From contig CAWCLO010000001.1 of NCBI GenBank assembly GCA_963796455.1, forward strand, positions 672,001-736,000: DNA of 64,000 nt, in the 5' to 3' direction. Below are positions 41,247 to 51,034 of the stretch, piece by piece (within the stretch, counting starts at the first letter, position 1; each line of letters starts with the position of its first letter). A program made the translations under genes and the position numbers. The notes under the pieces were generated by a model. The model saw only the letters and a program-made list of their open reading frames with translations, ran no database searches and had not been told where the DNA came from. This stretch comes from Candidatus Sulfomarinibacteraceae bacterium. Its GTDB lineage: Bacteria > Acidobacteriota > Thermoanaerobaculia > Thermoanaerobaculales > Sulfomarinibacteraceae.

Positions 41247-42481
41247 TACAACCTCGCCATCAAAAGCATCGGATCGGAAATCAGCCCGGTCATATCGCTC
41301 ATGAACCGGGCGGCCTCCGCACCATCGACATACCGGTGATCAAAAGAAATGCTGAGATACATCATCTTGCGGATCGCGATCTCGCCGTCCACAACCTCCG
41401 GTCTCTCCTTGATCGCGTGCAGACCGACAATCGCGAGTTCGGGCTGATTGATGATCGGAGTTGCAAAGACCCCACCGAGGGGCCCGATATTGGTGATCGT
41501 GCAGCTCCCGCCCTTGAGCTCGTCGAGACCGAGTTGACGCGAGCGGGCCCGCTCGGCCTTATCCGCCACTTCAGCCGCGATTTCGACCATGTCCTTGGAA
41601 TCCGCATCCCGGATCACAGGCACGATCAAACCCTCCGGCGTATCGACCGCCACGCCGATGTTGTAGTACTTCTTGAGCAGAATCTCACCCCGTTCCTCAT
41701 CGACCGAAGCATTGAAGATCGGATACTTTTTGAGGGTCACCACGAGGGCCTTGATAAAAAACGGCAACAAGGTGAAGCGTGTCCCGGTGCGCTCCTCGAT
41801 CACGGGCTTGGATCGTTTGTAGTGCGCCACCAGATCCGTGACATCCGCCTCGTCGACGTGGGTCACGTGCGCCGACACCTGCTTGGACTGACGCATGGCA
41901 TTGGCGATGATCTTGCGCAGGTGGGTGATCGGCACCCGTTCGACCTCACCGTCAGCAGTGACCTGGGCATTGCCCACCACTGGAGCAGGCCCGGTTGAAA
42001 CGGTGGCTCCACCCTTGGCGGCACGCTCCACATCCTCATCACTGATCCGGCCATTCGAACCGCTGCCTTGGACCCGCTCGAGATCGACGCCGAGTTTGCG
42101 GGCCAGGGCGCGGGTCTTGGGGGTCGCCAGCGGACGGCGGCCGTCGGTCGGTTGAGCAGGTGCGGGAGTGGCCTCTTGCGGCGGGGCAGCGGGCGCGGTC
42201 TCGAGGCCCGCGGTCGGCGCCTCCTCAGCCCCAAGGTCTTCACCGACCTCGCCGATGGTCACCAACGCATCGCCGACCAGGATGTCCGCCTCAGCCGCCG
42301 CGTGGAGCTTGAGCACGGTTCCTTCGTGGGGCGATGGAAGCTCGACCACCGCCTTGTCGGTTTCGACCTTGACCAGTGCCTGATCCTCGGCGACCGTGTC
42401 ACCCTCGGACACCAGCCATTCCACAATCCGCCCCTCGTGGATTCCTTCTCCCACATCGGGGAATTTGAAAACGAACGCCAT
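41246..42481 (-). CDS. pdhC: Dihydrolipoamide acyltransferase (E2)
   Basis: Lipoyl motif ETDKA, E3-binding domain, FDHRYVDG. Confidence 0.9.
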   Translation of the reverse strand: MAFVFKFPDVGEGIHEGRIVEWLVSEGDTVAEDQALVKVETDKAVVELPSPHEGTVLKLHAAAEADILVGDALVTIGEVGEDLGAEEAPTAGLETAPAAPPQEATPAPAQPTDGRRPLATPKTRALARKLGVDLERVQGSGSNGRISDEDVERAAKGGATVSTGPAPVVGNAQVTADGEVERVPITHLRKIIANAMRQSKQVSAHVTHVDEADVTDLVAHYKRSKPVIEERTGTRFTLLPFFIKALVVTLKKYPIFNASVDEERGEILLKKYYNIGVAVDTPEGLIVPVIRDADSKDMVEIAAEVADKAERARSRQLGLDELKGGSCTITNIGPLGGVFATPIINQPELAIVGLHAIKERPEVVDGEIAIRKMMYLSISFDHRYVDGAEAARFMSDMTGLISDPMLLMARL

Positions 42482-42550
42482 CTTCAGCCCCTCTTCGTCG
42501 TCGTGATTGTCGCGCCAAGATCACATGGTAATGGATCGGCCGCGATCGGA

Positions 42551-43573
42551 TTAGAAATTCATGACCTTTTCAACCGCCGCGACGATTCGCGCGCGCGAGG
42601 GCAGGTAGTGCTTCTCGTTCTGGGCGAGCGGGAAAATGGTGTCATAACCCGCCACCCGCTGCACCGGGGCCTCGAGTTGCAGCAGTGCATGCTCCATGAT
42701 CTGAGCCGATATTTCCGCACCAAAACCGGCAGTCCTCGGTGCCTCGTGCACCACTACGGCGCGACCCGTCTTGACCACGCTGGCCAGCAGGGTGTCGCGA
42801 TCGAGTGGATTGAGGGTTCGCAGGTCTACGACCTCGGCGCTGATATCTGCCCGTGCCAGAACTTCTGATGCATCGAGACACACGCGAACCATGGCACCCC
42901 ACGCGATCAGAGTGACATCGGTGCCCTCGCGCGGCACCGCCGCCTCGCCGATCGGCACCGTGTAGCTTTCCGCCGGGACCGCCTCCCGAAATGCCCGGTA
43001 GATACGCTTTGGCTCCATGAAGAGCACCGGATCCTCGTCCCGAATCGCCGAGGTCAAAAGCCCCTTGGCGTCGTAGGGGTTTGACGGCACCACGACCTTG
43101 AAACCAGGGGTGTTCAGAAAAAGCGCTTCGTAGCTCTCCGAGTGGTGCTCGGGCGGGTGAATACCGCCGCCATAGGGCATTCGAACCACCATAGGGCAGG
43201 TGAGGCGACCGCGGGTCCGGTTTCGCATCCGTGCCGCGTGGCCGAAAAGTTGGTTGATGGCCGGGTAGACAAAACCCATGAACTGGATCTCGGCCACCGG
43301 CCGGAACCCGGTTGCGGCGAGACCCACCGACATGCCGATGATCGAGCTCTCCGCGAGCGGTGTATCGATCACCCGCTCGGACCCGAAGGCCTCGATCAGA
43401 CCATCGGTGGCACGGAAGACGCCGCCGTCGACACCCACGTCCTCTCCCAGGACCAGCACCGTCTCGTCGCGTTCCATTTCCTGCATCATGGCGTCGCGCA
43501 CCGCGTTGGCGATGGTCTGTTTCTCGGTGGCGACTTCAGGGACCGCGTGAAGCTGTCGTTCCCGGGTGCTCAT
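42551..43573 (-). CDS. pdhB: Pyruvate/2-oxoacid dehydrogenase E1 beta
   Basis: GEDVGVDGGVFRAT, DTPLAES, EIQF, PSNPYDAKGLL. Confidence 0.9.
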   Translation of the reverse strand: MSTRERQLHAVPEVATEKQTIANAVRDAMMQEMERDETVLVLGEDVGVDGGVFRATDGLIEAFGSERVIDTPLAESSIIGMSVGLAATGFRPVAEIQFMGFVYPAINQLFGHAARMRNRTRGRLTCPMVVRMPYGGGIHPPEHHSESYEALFLNTPGFKVVVPSNPYDAKGLLTSAIRDEDPVLFMEPKRIYRAFREAVPAESYTVPIGEAAVPREGTDVTLIAWGAMVRVCLDASEVLARADISAEVVDLRTLNPLDRDTLLASVVKTGRAVVVHEAPRTAGFGAEISAQIMEHALLQLEAPVQRVAGYDTIFPLAQNEKHYLPSRARIVAAVEKVMNF

Positions 43574-44643
43574 GAGCCCACCTCGTCCTGCAGCTCCTGC
43601 ATCTGTTCCAGCAGGTGCGGCGGCAGCTCGGCATACATCGATTTGAAAATTGCATCCGGATCCTGCGGCGTCATTTCTTCGAGCGCCTTGACCTGGGTGT
43701 CCACCCAGTTGTGGGCCTCCTCGAGCAGCACCGTTTCCTGGTCGTCATCCCACAGTTCCTGTTTTTCGAGATAACGCCGCAAGCGCAGGATCGGATCGCG
43801 CGCTTCCCACTTTTTGAGCTCTTCTTCGCCACGGTAACGGCTCGCGTCATCGGCGGTGGTGTGATCGCCAAGGCGATAGGTCACCGCTTCGATCAAACTC
43901 GGTCCGCCGCCTGATCGGGCCCACGCAATCGCCTCGGTGGCGGCCTGATAAACAGCAAAAACGTCGTTGCCGTCGACCTGGACCCCCGGCAATCCGTAGG
44001 CGTGGGCTTTTTGCGCGAGGGTCTCGGCTGCAGTCTGCTGGTGCAGCGGCACCGAGATGGCCCATTGGTTGTTCTGAATTACAAAAACCGTGCTTGCACC
44101 AAAAACAGCCGCCGCATTGACGGCCTCGTGAAAATCACCTTCCGAGGTCGAACCGTCGCCCCCAAAGGCGACCGCAACCGCGTCGTCTTTGCGAAGTTTG
44201 AGGGACAGCCCGACTCCGGTGCCGTGCTGCCACTGGCTGCCGACGGGCACCGCGACAGGGAAACAACGGACATCTTCCGGATAACACGAACCGCGCTCGT
44301 CCCCGGCCCAGTAGGCATAGACCAGATGCAGCGGTACCCCGCGCAGAACCATGATGCCGTGCTCGCGAAAGGCGGGAATCAACCAATCATGTTCGCCCAT
44401 CGCCAGCGCGACTCCGGCCTGGACCGCCTCCTGACCCTTGATCGGCGGCCAGGTTCCCATCCGGCCCTGGCGCTGGAGCTTGAGGGCCTTGTCGTCAAAG
44501 GTCCGCATCATGACCATGTCGCGATAAAGATCACGGACGACACTGGGATCGATCTCGGGCATCATCGACTCATCGACATTGCCGTCGACATCGAGGATCT
44601 CGATCCGTTCCGTCACCGCTTCATACACCCGCGTTCGAGGCAT
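43570..44643 (-). CDS. pdhA: Pyruvate/2-oxoacid dehydrogenase E1 alpha
   Basis: LQRQGRMG, TPP motif GDGSTSEGDFHE...NNQWAIS, YRLGDHTTADD. Confidence 0.9.
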   Translation of the reverse strand: MPRTRVYEAVTERIEILDVDGNVDESMMPEIDPSVVRDLYRDMVMMRTFDDKALKLQRQGRMGTWPPIKGQEAVQAGVALAMGEHDWLIPAFREHGIMVLRGVPLHLVYAYWAGDERGSCYPEDVRCFPVAVPVGSQWQHGTGVGLSLKLRKDDAVAVAFGGDGSTSEGDFHEAVNAAAVFGASTVFVIQNNQWAISVPLHQQTAAETLAQKAHAYGLPGVQVDGNDVFAVYQAATEAIAWARSGGGPSLIEAVTYRLGDHTTADDASRYRGEEELKKWEARDPILRLRRYLEKQELWDDDQETVLLEEAHNWVDTQVKALEEMTPQDPDAIFKSMYAELPPHLLEQMQELQDEVGS

Positions 44644-44854
44644 ACGCTCTCCTTCTCCGCCCAATCTCTGTTCGACCTATGGCAACAACCGAGGATAGCA
44701 GGGTATTTCGGCTTGGGGTTTGGGGCTTGAGGCGTTCTGAAAAAAGCGCTTGTCAACCGAAAACGCAAGGTGCCAGTGTTCGCATTGTCTGGTTTCCGTC
44801 TTGCAGACAATTTTTCGGTCGAGGCTGGCAATGCGAAAGACAGCAACAGATGCT

Positions 44855-45613
44855 TTATCGCACCGGCGTCCATTTCTCGGTGGTGTACGGCGTCAAATAC
44901 CGTTCCGGCACCGGCTCGGGATCGAGTCGCCGGACTTCCACACCCAACGCCCCCGCCATCTGATCCGCGATCGCCCCCCCTGCCACTCGCCAGTCGCCGC
45001 CTCCGAGAGCCGGGGCGAGACCCGCCTCGACCTCGGCGGCGGGGATTCCGAAGGCCCTCGAATACAACCCCGGGTCCAGCCCCAGCAGAACGGCGGCGTG
45101 CACGACCACCGCGCCGCGGCGGCGGGTCTGGGCGCAACCGACCGCCTTGCGGCCGTCGACCACCAAAGTGTCGGCCAGTTGATCGAGGAAACAGATCGGT
45201 GACCGGACCCGGCTTGCACGGGGAGCGTCCTCGATCCGTTCGACATTGGATCCCACCGATCGCAGTGCCGGTTGCAAAACGGAGAGAAAGCGCTCATAGA
45301 GGCCGACGATTTCACCGGCCCAGGGATGAGAGATCGGCAGCGCCAGTCCGACCCCGAGATCGCCGCGGTGCACCACCCCGGTGCCGCCGGTCAGGCGTCG
45401 CAGGACGGGGATCCCCTCGGACCGGCACCATTCGAGGTCGACCTCTTTCGTTTTCTGGGCATAACCGAGGACCACTACCGGGCCTCTCCACGAGGTGAGA
45501 AAAAGGCTGACTTCGCCCTCTGCGGCGCGTTCCAACAGCCACGCTTCCCGCGCCAGATCCTCCACAGGGGGGCCCATCGAAACCACGACATCGAGAAATT
45601 CTGCTGCGCTCAC
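44855..45613 (-). CDS. Lipoate-protein ligase A family protein (start uncertain)
   Basis: VLRRLTGGTGVVH and GRKAVGCAQTR; lies upstream of the pdh operon. Confidence 0.85.
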   Translation of the reverse strand: MSAAEFLDVVVSMGPPVEDLAREAWLLERAAEGEVSLFLTSWRGPVVVLGYAQKTKEVDLEWCRSEGIPVLRRLTGGTGVVHRGDLGVGLALPISHPWAGEIVGLYERFLSVLQPALRSVGSNVERIEDAPRASRVRSPICFLDQLADTLVVDGRKAVGCAQTRRRGAVVVHAAVLLGLDPGLYSRAFGIPAAEVEAGLAPALGGGDWRVAGGAIADQMAGALGVEVRRLDPEPVPERYLTPYTTEKWTPVR

Positions 45614-45689
45614 GGCCCTGATTGAACCACAGCTTCGGGAATGCGTGGACGTTGATCGCGGAGCAATAGATAATCCTTTCAGGGGGACT

Positions 45690-46157
45690 ATGGAAATGTA
45701 CTGTACCAACAAGGACTGTCCGGACTTTGCTGCGACCGGTGTTCACGGCGAATACCGCGAAGGCATTTTCGAGTGCCCCTACTGTGGGAAATTCCTCGAG
45801 GAGAAGCTGCCCGAAACTCATATTCGCGACGATGGGCCCCTCCCGGACGTTCCGCAAGCCAAGACGTGGGGAGAGCACGAACCGCCCACCGCCGACGGGG
45901 CTCACCAGGATCTGGAACCGGTTTTCGAGACCTCGGACCCGAGCGAAGTGCCCGTGGTGAGGTCCTTTCTCGATGCCCACGGTGTGCCCCACGTCGTTGT
46001 CGGTGGCGAGAGCTTCGATGCATTTCGCGGCAGCCTGTCGCCCTTCAGATTCAACCCGAAGGCCGGCGTCATCGGTTTTCTGGTGCCGACCAAATATGCC
46101 GAAATCGCCCGCGATCTGCTGGCCGAGATCGAAGAAGACCCCGGCAACGAGGGTTGA
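45690..46157 (+). CDS. Zinc-ribbon + DUF2007-like protein
   Basis: YCTNKDCPD...GEYREGIFECPYCG; VVRSFLDAHGVP; LVP...ARDLL. Confidence 0.7.
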   Translation: MEMYCTNKDCPDFAATGVHGEYREGIFECPYCGKFLEEKLPETHIRDDGPLPDVPQAKTWGEHEPPTADGAHQDLEPVFETSDPSEVPVVRSFLDAHGVPHVVVGGESFDAFRGSLSPFRFNPKAGVIGFLVPTKYAEIARDLLAEIEEDPGNEG

Positions 46158-46217
46158 TCCCGTTCCGGCGCGAATACCTCTGTGGTAGGAGTACACTTCG
46201 TCCCAGGGGGAGGAACC

Positions 46218-48425
46218 ATGCGCCGATTCTTCGTCTTTTTCTGTTGTGCCCTGCTTGCGACCCTGGCGGCCGCCGAAGAGCCGCTCAAACGATTGAGCCT
46301 CGAGGCCCTCTTCGAGGACAACGCCCTCGCTATCGAGAGCCTGAGTGGGGTCACATGGCTGCCCGACGGCAATCAGTTCATCTACACGACGTCCAAGGGC
46401 AAAAACCAGACGCTGTGGCGCGCCGGTACCGAGGGAGGCGAGGCGGTTGTTGTGGCGGATTGGGCGGCAGTCTTGAAAGGCCTCGCCGATCAGCGGCCGA
46501 ACTACGAAAAGCCTTCGATGAGCGATCCCAACAGTTCGGCCTCGAAACGAACGGCAGCGGTGCTTTCGCCCGACGGGTCGGCGCTGGTCGGTGGTCACGC
46601 CGGTGATCTCTACCTCTTCGACCTGAAAAAGGGTGAGGCCCGTTTCCTGACCGGAGACCGGGAGCAGGAGATCTTCCCCGCCTTCAGCCCCGATGGATCC
46701 GAGATCGCATTCGTCAAGAAAGGCGATATCTATCGTCTGAGCCTGGCCGACGGTGTGGTCCAACGGGTCACCGACCGCGGACACAACCGCTATCTGCTCA
46801 ATGGCGTCGCCGACTGGGTCTATGAAGAGGAACTCGCCGTCGAACGCTCCTTCTGGTGGTCACCCGATGGTCAGAGCATCGCCTTTCTCCAGACCAACGA
46901 AGAACCGGTCGGCATCGTGCCCATCACCGGCGATTCGATGCCCTACCCCGAACTGGAAAAACAGTGGTACCCGAAAGCCGGAACCGCCAACCCCATCGTC
47001 CGGATCGGTGTGGTGAGCCGCGACGGCGGAGAACCGGTCTGGCTCGCCACCGGTAAGGGTGACTTCTATCTCGCCCGGGCCGGTTGGACGCCCAAGGGAG
47101 AAGTCTGGGTGCAACGGCTCAATCGTGATCAGAATGTGCACGATTTGATGTTTGGTGATCCAGAGACCGGCAAAGTCCGGACGATCCTGACCGACAAGGA
47201 TCCTGCGTGGATCAACATCACCGACGACCTCCACTTTCTCTCGGACGGGAGCTTTCTCTGGACCTCCGAGCGCAAGGGCTGGCGGCACCTCTACCACTAC
47301 GCCGCGGATGGTTCGGACCATCGCCCGCTGACATCGGGGCGGTGGCAGATCGAAAAGCTTTTCGGCGTCGACGCAGATGAGAAGACCGCTTTTATCAAGG
47401 CAAACGCCGAGGACCACCGCCAGCGCCACCTCTATCGAGTCGACCTTGAAAATGGCGAGATCACTCTGCTTGGCGAAGGCGGGGGCGGTTCACACGACGG
47501 GACTCTCTCCCCCACCGGCGACTACCTCGTCGACCATTGGTCGACCCTCGACACACCGCCCCGGGCGGATCTGTTGAAGGCCGACGGGACGGTCGCACGC
47601 CGACTCTGGCAATCGGGGACCGAACTCGAAGGGTGGGACCTGTTGCCCATCGAGCGCGGCTCCATCACTGCGAGCGACGGAACCGAGCTCTATACCCTGA
47701 TGATCAAACCGCGGGATTTTGATCCCTCGAAAAAGTACCCGGTCCTGCAGTACGTCTACGGAGGCCCCCACTCGCAGCTCACCCAGGATTCGTGGCGAGC
47801 CGAGGTTCACAATACCTACCGACTGATTGCCGACCATGGCATCGCCGTCTTTCTCCTCGACAATCGCGGCACATGGGCCCGCGGCAAGGCTTTCGAAACC
47901 GCCGTCTATCGCCGTCTCGGCCAGATGGAAGTAGCCGACCAGGTCGACGGCGCGAAATGGCTGGCCGAGCAGCCGTGGGTCGACGCCAACCGTATCGGCG
48001 TCTACGGCGGCAGTTATGGCGGCTATATGACCCTGCTCTGTCTGCTGAAAGCGCCAGAGTACTTCTCGGCCGGGATCGCCTATGCTCCCGTCACCGATTG
48101 GGCCCTCTATGACACGATCTACACCGAACGCTATATGGACACGCCTCAGGACAACCCCGAAGGTTATGCCGAGGGCGCACCCCTCACCCATGCCGAAAAC
48201 CTGGAGGGCGCATTGCTCCTGGGCCACGGCACCATGGACAACAACGTGCACTTCCAGAACTCGCTGCAGATGATCGCTCGACTGGCGGCAGCCAACAAGG
48301 ATTACGATCTGGTGATCTATCCACGCACCCGCCACGGGATCCGACGCTCGGCATATGCCCTCCATTTTCATCGCGAAAAGATGGAGTTCTTGATCAAAAA
48401 TCTATTGGAAAAGGATGAAGATTAA
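46218..48425 (+). CDS. Dipeptidyl peptidase IV (S9B)
   Basis: Signal peptide, NGVADWVYEEE, YPKAG, GGSYGG, YTERYM, HGTMDNNVH. Confidence 0.95.
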   Translation: MRRFFVFFCCALLATLAAAEEPLKRLSLEALFEDNALAIESLSGVTWLPDGNQFIYTTSKGKNQTLWRAGTEGGEAVVVADWAAVLKGLADQRPNYEKPSMSDPNSSASKRTAAVLSPDGSALVGGHAGDLYLFDLKKGEARFLTGDREQEIFPAFSPDGSEIAFVKKGDIYRLSLADGVVQRVTDRGHNRYLLNGVADWVYEEELAVERSFWWSPDGQSIAFLQTNEEPVGIVPITGDSMPYPELEKQWYPKAGTANPIVRIGVVSRDGGEPVWLATGKGDFYLARAGWTPKGEVWVQRLNRDQNVHDLMFGDPETGKVRTILTDKDPAWINITDDLHFLSDGSFLWTSERKGWRHLYHYAADGSDHRPLTSGRWQIEKLFGVDADEKTAFIKANAEDHRQRHLYRVDLENGEITLLGEGGGGSHDGTLSPTGDYLVDHWSTLDTPPRADLLKADGTVARRLWQSGTELEGWDLLPIERGSITASDGTELYTLMIKPRDFDPSKKYPVLQYVYGGPHSQLTQDSWRAEVHNTYRLIADHGIAVFLLDNRGTWARGKAFETAVYRRLGQMEVADQVDGAKWLAEQPWVDANRIGVYGGSYGGYMTLLCLLKAPEYFSAGIAYAPVTDWALYDTIYTERYMDTPQDNPEGYAEGAPLTHAENLEGALLLGHGTMDNNVHFQNSLQMIARLAAANKDYDLVIYPRTRHGIRRSAYALHFHREKMEFLIKNLLEKDED

Positions 48426-48428
48426 TCG

Positions 48429-49208
48429 ATGATTCTTTATTTTGCAGTCCAATCATTCACCGACGAAATTTTTCACGGTAATCCGGCCGGAGTCTGCCCA
48501 CTGGACGAATGGATAGATGACGATTTGATGCAGAAAATTGCCGCAGAAAACCGTCTCTCGGAGACCGCATTTTTTGTGCCCGAAGATGACGGATATCGGC
48601 TTCGATGGTTTACTCCGAATTCGGAGGTTGATCTCTGTGGCCACGCAACTTTGGCCACAGCCTACGTGCTTTTCGAACACCTCGGCTACGAGCACGACAC
48701 GATCCTTTTCAAGACTTTGAGCGGCGAACTTTCTGTCAAAAAGATCGGCAACTCGATGGTCATGAATTTTCCATCGAGGATCGCGAAGGAATGTGAAGCA
48801 CCGGAGGCCCTTGCGGCTGGGTTGAAATGTTCCATGAACGAAGTTTACAAGGCTCGTGATTACATGGTCGTGCTCAAAAATGAAAAAGAAGTCCGCGCGA
48901 TCGAACCGGATTTTGAGGAGCTCAGAAAACTTGATTGCACCGGCATCATCGTGACCGCACCCGGGCATGATGTGCATTTCGTTTCTCGCTTCTTTGCACC
49001 CAAGGTCGGTGTCGATGAAGATCCGGTCACGGGATCCGCCCACTGCACCCTGGCGCCCTACTGGGCCGAACAACTGGAGGTCACCGATCTGTCCGCGCGC
49101 CAGGTTTCCGAACGAAGTGGAGAACTGGCCTGCAAACTGGTGGAAGACCGGGTTCACATCGCCGGGCGAGCCGTTCTCTATCTCAAGGGCTTTCTCGATA
49201 TCGGTTGA
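48429..49208 (+). CDS. PhzF family isomerase
   Basis: [32 protein letters not shown]. Confidence 0.95.
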   Translation: MILYFAVQSFTDEIFHGNPAGVCPLDEWIDDDLMQKIAAENRLSETAFFVPEDDGYRLRWFTPNSEVDLCGHATLATAYVLFEHLGYEHDTILFKTLSGELSVKKIGNSMVMNFPSRIAKECEAPEALAAGLKCSMNEVYKARDYMVVLKNEKEVRAIEPDFEELRKLDCTGIIVTAPGHDVHFVSRFFAPKVGVDEDPVTGSAHCTLAPYWAEQLEVTDLSARQVSERSGELACKLVEDRVHIAGRAVLYLKGFLDIG

Positions 49209-49216
49209 GATTGACG

Positions 49217-50002
49217 ATGGGAGACGATATTCGACGCCTCAACCGCGCCGCCTGGAACGCCCAGGTCGATGCAAACAACCGGTGGACTGTGCCGGTCCAG
49301 TCTTTTGTGATCGACGCGGCACGGCGCGGCGAGTGGGAGATCGTTCTGACGCCCTTGCTTCCGGTACCACGATCGTGGTTCGGCCGGATCGAAAATTCCG
49401 ATGTGCTGTGCCTGGCATCCGGTGGCGGGCAACAAGGCCCCGTGCTCGCCGCCGCCGGTGCGCGGGTGACGGTCTTCGACAACTCACCACGGCAGCTCGA
49501 ACAGGATCGCATGGTGGCTTTACGGGACGGGCTCGAGATCGAGTGCGTCGAGGGGGACATGGCCGATCTCGGCACTTTCGGCGATGCGGCTTTTGATCTC
49601 ATCGTTCACCCGGTGTCCAACGCTTTCGTTCCCGACCTCTGGCCGGTGTGGAACGAGTGCCACCGAGTGCTTCGGTCGGGGGGCAACCTGCTCGCCGGCT
49701 TCGTCAACCCGGTACGCTATCTCTTCAACGACGAAATCGAAGAGACCAAGGAGCCCCTTCAGGTGGTCAATTCCATCCCCTACTCAGATCTCGAATCATT
49801 GAGTCGGCAACAGAAGAAGCGCTTTGCGTCCGCCGGGGAACCATTCGAATTCGGCCACTCGCTCGACGACCAGATCGGGGGGCAGTTGGCGGCGGGATTC
49901 GTCATCACCGGTATGTATGAAGACCGAAATGTTCCTGAGGAGGACCCTCTTTCGAAATTCATCGCGTCCTTCATGGCGACCCGGGCACGCAAAGATCGAT
50001 GA
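49217..50002 (+). CDS. Class I SAM-dependent methyltransferase
   Basis: [35 protein letters not shown]. Confidence 0.9.
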   Translation: MGDDIRRLNRAAWNAQVDANNRWTVPVQSFVIDAARRGEWEIVLTPLLPVPRSWFGRIENSDVLCLASGGGQQGPVLAAAGARVTVFDNSPRQLEQDRMVALRDGLEIECVEGDMADLGTFGDAAFDLIVHPVSNAFVPDLWPVWNECHRVLRSGGNLLAGFVNPVRYLFNDEIEETKEPLQVVNSIPYSDLESLSRQQKKRFASAGEPFEFGHSLDDQIGGQLAAGFVITGMYEDRNVPEEDPLSKFIASFMATRARKDR

Positions 50003-50475
50003 TGAGACGCAGAGACAAAGAGATTTCGAGCCGCGCCGAAATCGACGCTGTCATTTCGTCGGCAGTGGTTTGTCGTCTGGCCTTTGCCAGGGACAACGAG
50101 CCTTATGTGGTGCCGATCTCTTTTGGTTATGACGGCGAAGCAATATTCATCCACACCGCCGGCAAGGGCCGCAAAATCGATTTCATACAGGCCAACAACC
50201 GGGTGTGTTTCGAGTTCGAAGCCGGCGTGGAATTGCGCACCGATGATGACGAAGCCTGCGCGTGGACATTCAACTTTCAGAGCGTGATCGGTTATGGATC
50301 CGTAACGGAAATCGAAGACCCCGCCGACAAAACCAGAGGCCTCAATCACATCATGCGCCACTACTCCGGGCGCGAGTGGAATATCGAACTCCCCGCCGTC
50401 ACCACCACGCGGGTATGGCGGATCGACATAGAATCGGTCACCGGCAAACGATCGACAGAATCATCAAAAGGATGA
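49999..50475 (+). CDS. Pyridoxamine 5'-phosphate oxidase-like/NimA flavin-binding protein
   Basis: [25 protein letters not shown]...VCFE, SVIGYG. Confidence 0.9.
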   Translation: MMRRRDKEISSRAEIDAVISSAVVCRLAFARDNEPYVVPISFGYDGEAIFIHTAGKGRKIDFIQANNRVCFEFEAGVELRTDDDEACAWTFNFQSVIGYGSVTEIEDPADKTRGLNHIMRHYSGREWNIELPAVTTTRVWRIDIESVTGKRSTESSKG

Positions 50476-50496
50476 TTTTCTCGTCCGATGCTGGAT

Positions 50497-50901
50497 ACCT
50501 GTTGCCCAAAACAGATCGTCAATTGAAGTTGCCCGCCTGACAACACGAGGTTTATAGGATTTCGGCATTTCCGGTTCGTGGTTGGCCCGCGTCCGCGCCC
50601 GTATTGCAGCGGCAGCGACAGGGACAGTCATCAGCGATCAGTGTTCAGAGGCAGAGATCAGGGGCAGTGACAGCGTGGTCACCTCCGGGTCATTCAACAG
50701 AAGGAACAGCCGTGGTGGTGGAGGCGTCTCGCCTGCACGCCGTGCGGCCGAGACGGCCGCATCACAAAGGACGGAGCCCCGAAGAAGTGACTACTGTTCG
50801 CTGTCCCGGCCGCTGAACACTGACGCTGACTACTGTTTGCCGTCGCTGAATTCTGTCGCTGTCCCTGCACGCTATCCGAGACTCTGTCTTGGACAAGAGC
50901 G
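50497..50901 (+). mobile_element. Copy D: two-ended MITE-like derivative with the gene replaced by a REP-like doublet
   Basis: Ends ACCTGTTGCCCAAAACAGA / TCTGTCTTGGACAAGAGCG, flanked by AT; keeps CCGAAGAAGTGA (PKK*) at 50779-50790. Confidence 0.87.
50715..50765. repeat. REP-like inverted doublet of short palindromes
   Basis: GTGGTGGAGGCGTCTCGCCTGCA-cgccg-TGCGGCCGAGACGGCCGCATCAC; second copy at about 53498-53548. Confidence 0.75.
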
Positions 50902-50940
50902 ATGCTCGATACAGGATCCGCGCGAGCGCGCCCATCTCAC

Positions 50941-51014
50941 AACCGCAGATAGCGCAGATAAACGCAGATTGTCGGGCCTGAGAATATCTGCGTTCATCCG
51001 CGTGATCTGCGGTT
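50941..51014. repeat. Inverted pair of 9/10-mer arrays, (CGCAGAT core)x3 ... (ATCTGCG core)x3
   Basis: aaccgcagat agcgcagat aaacgcagat / atctgcgttc atccgcgtg atctgcggtt; a right arm also occurs at 19812-19839. Confidence 0.8.
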
Positions 51015-51034
51015 TCTCCGGGCGCAGGTGCTCA

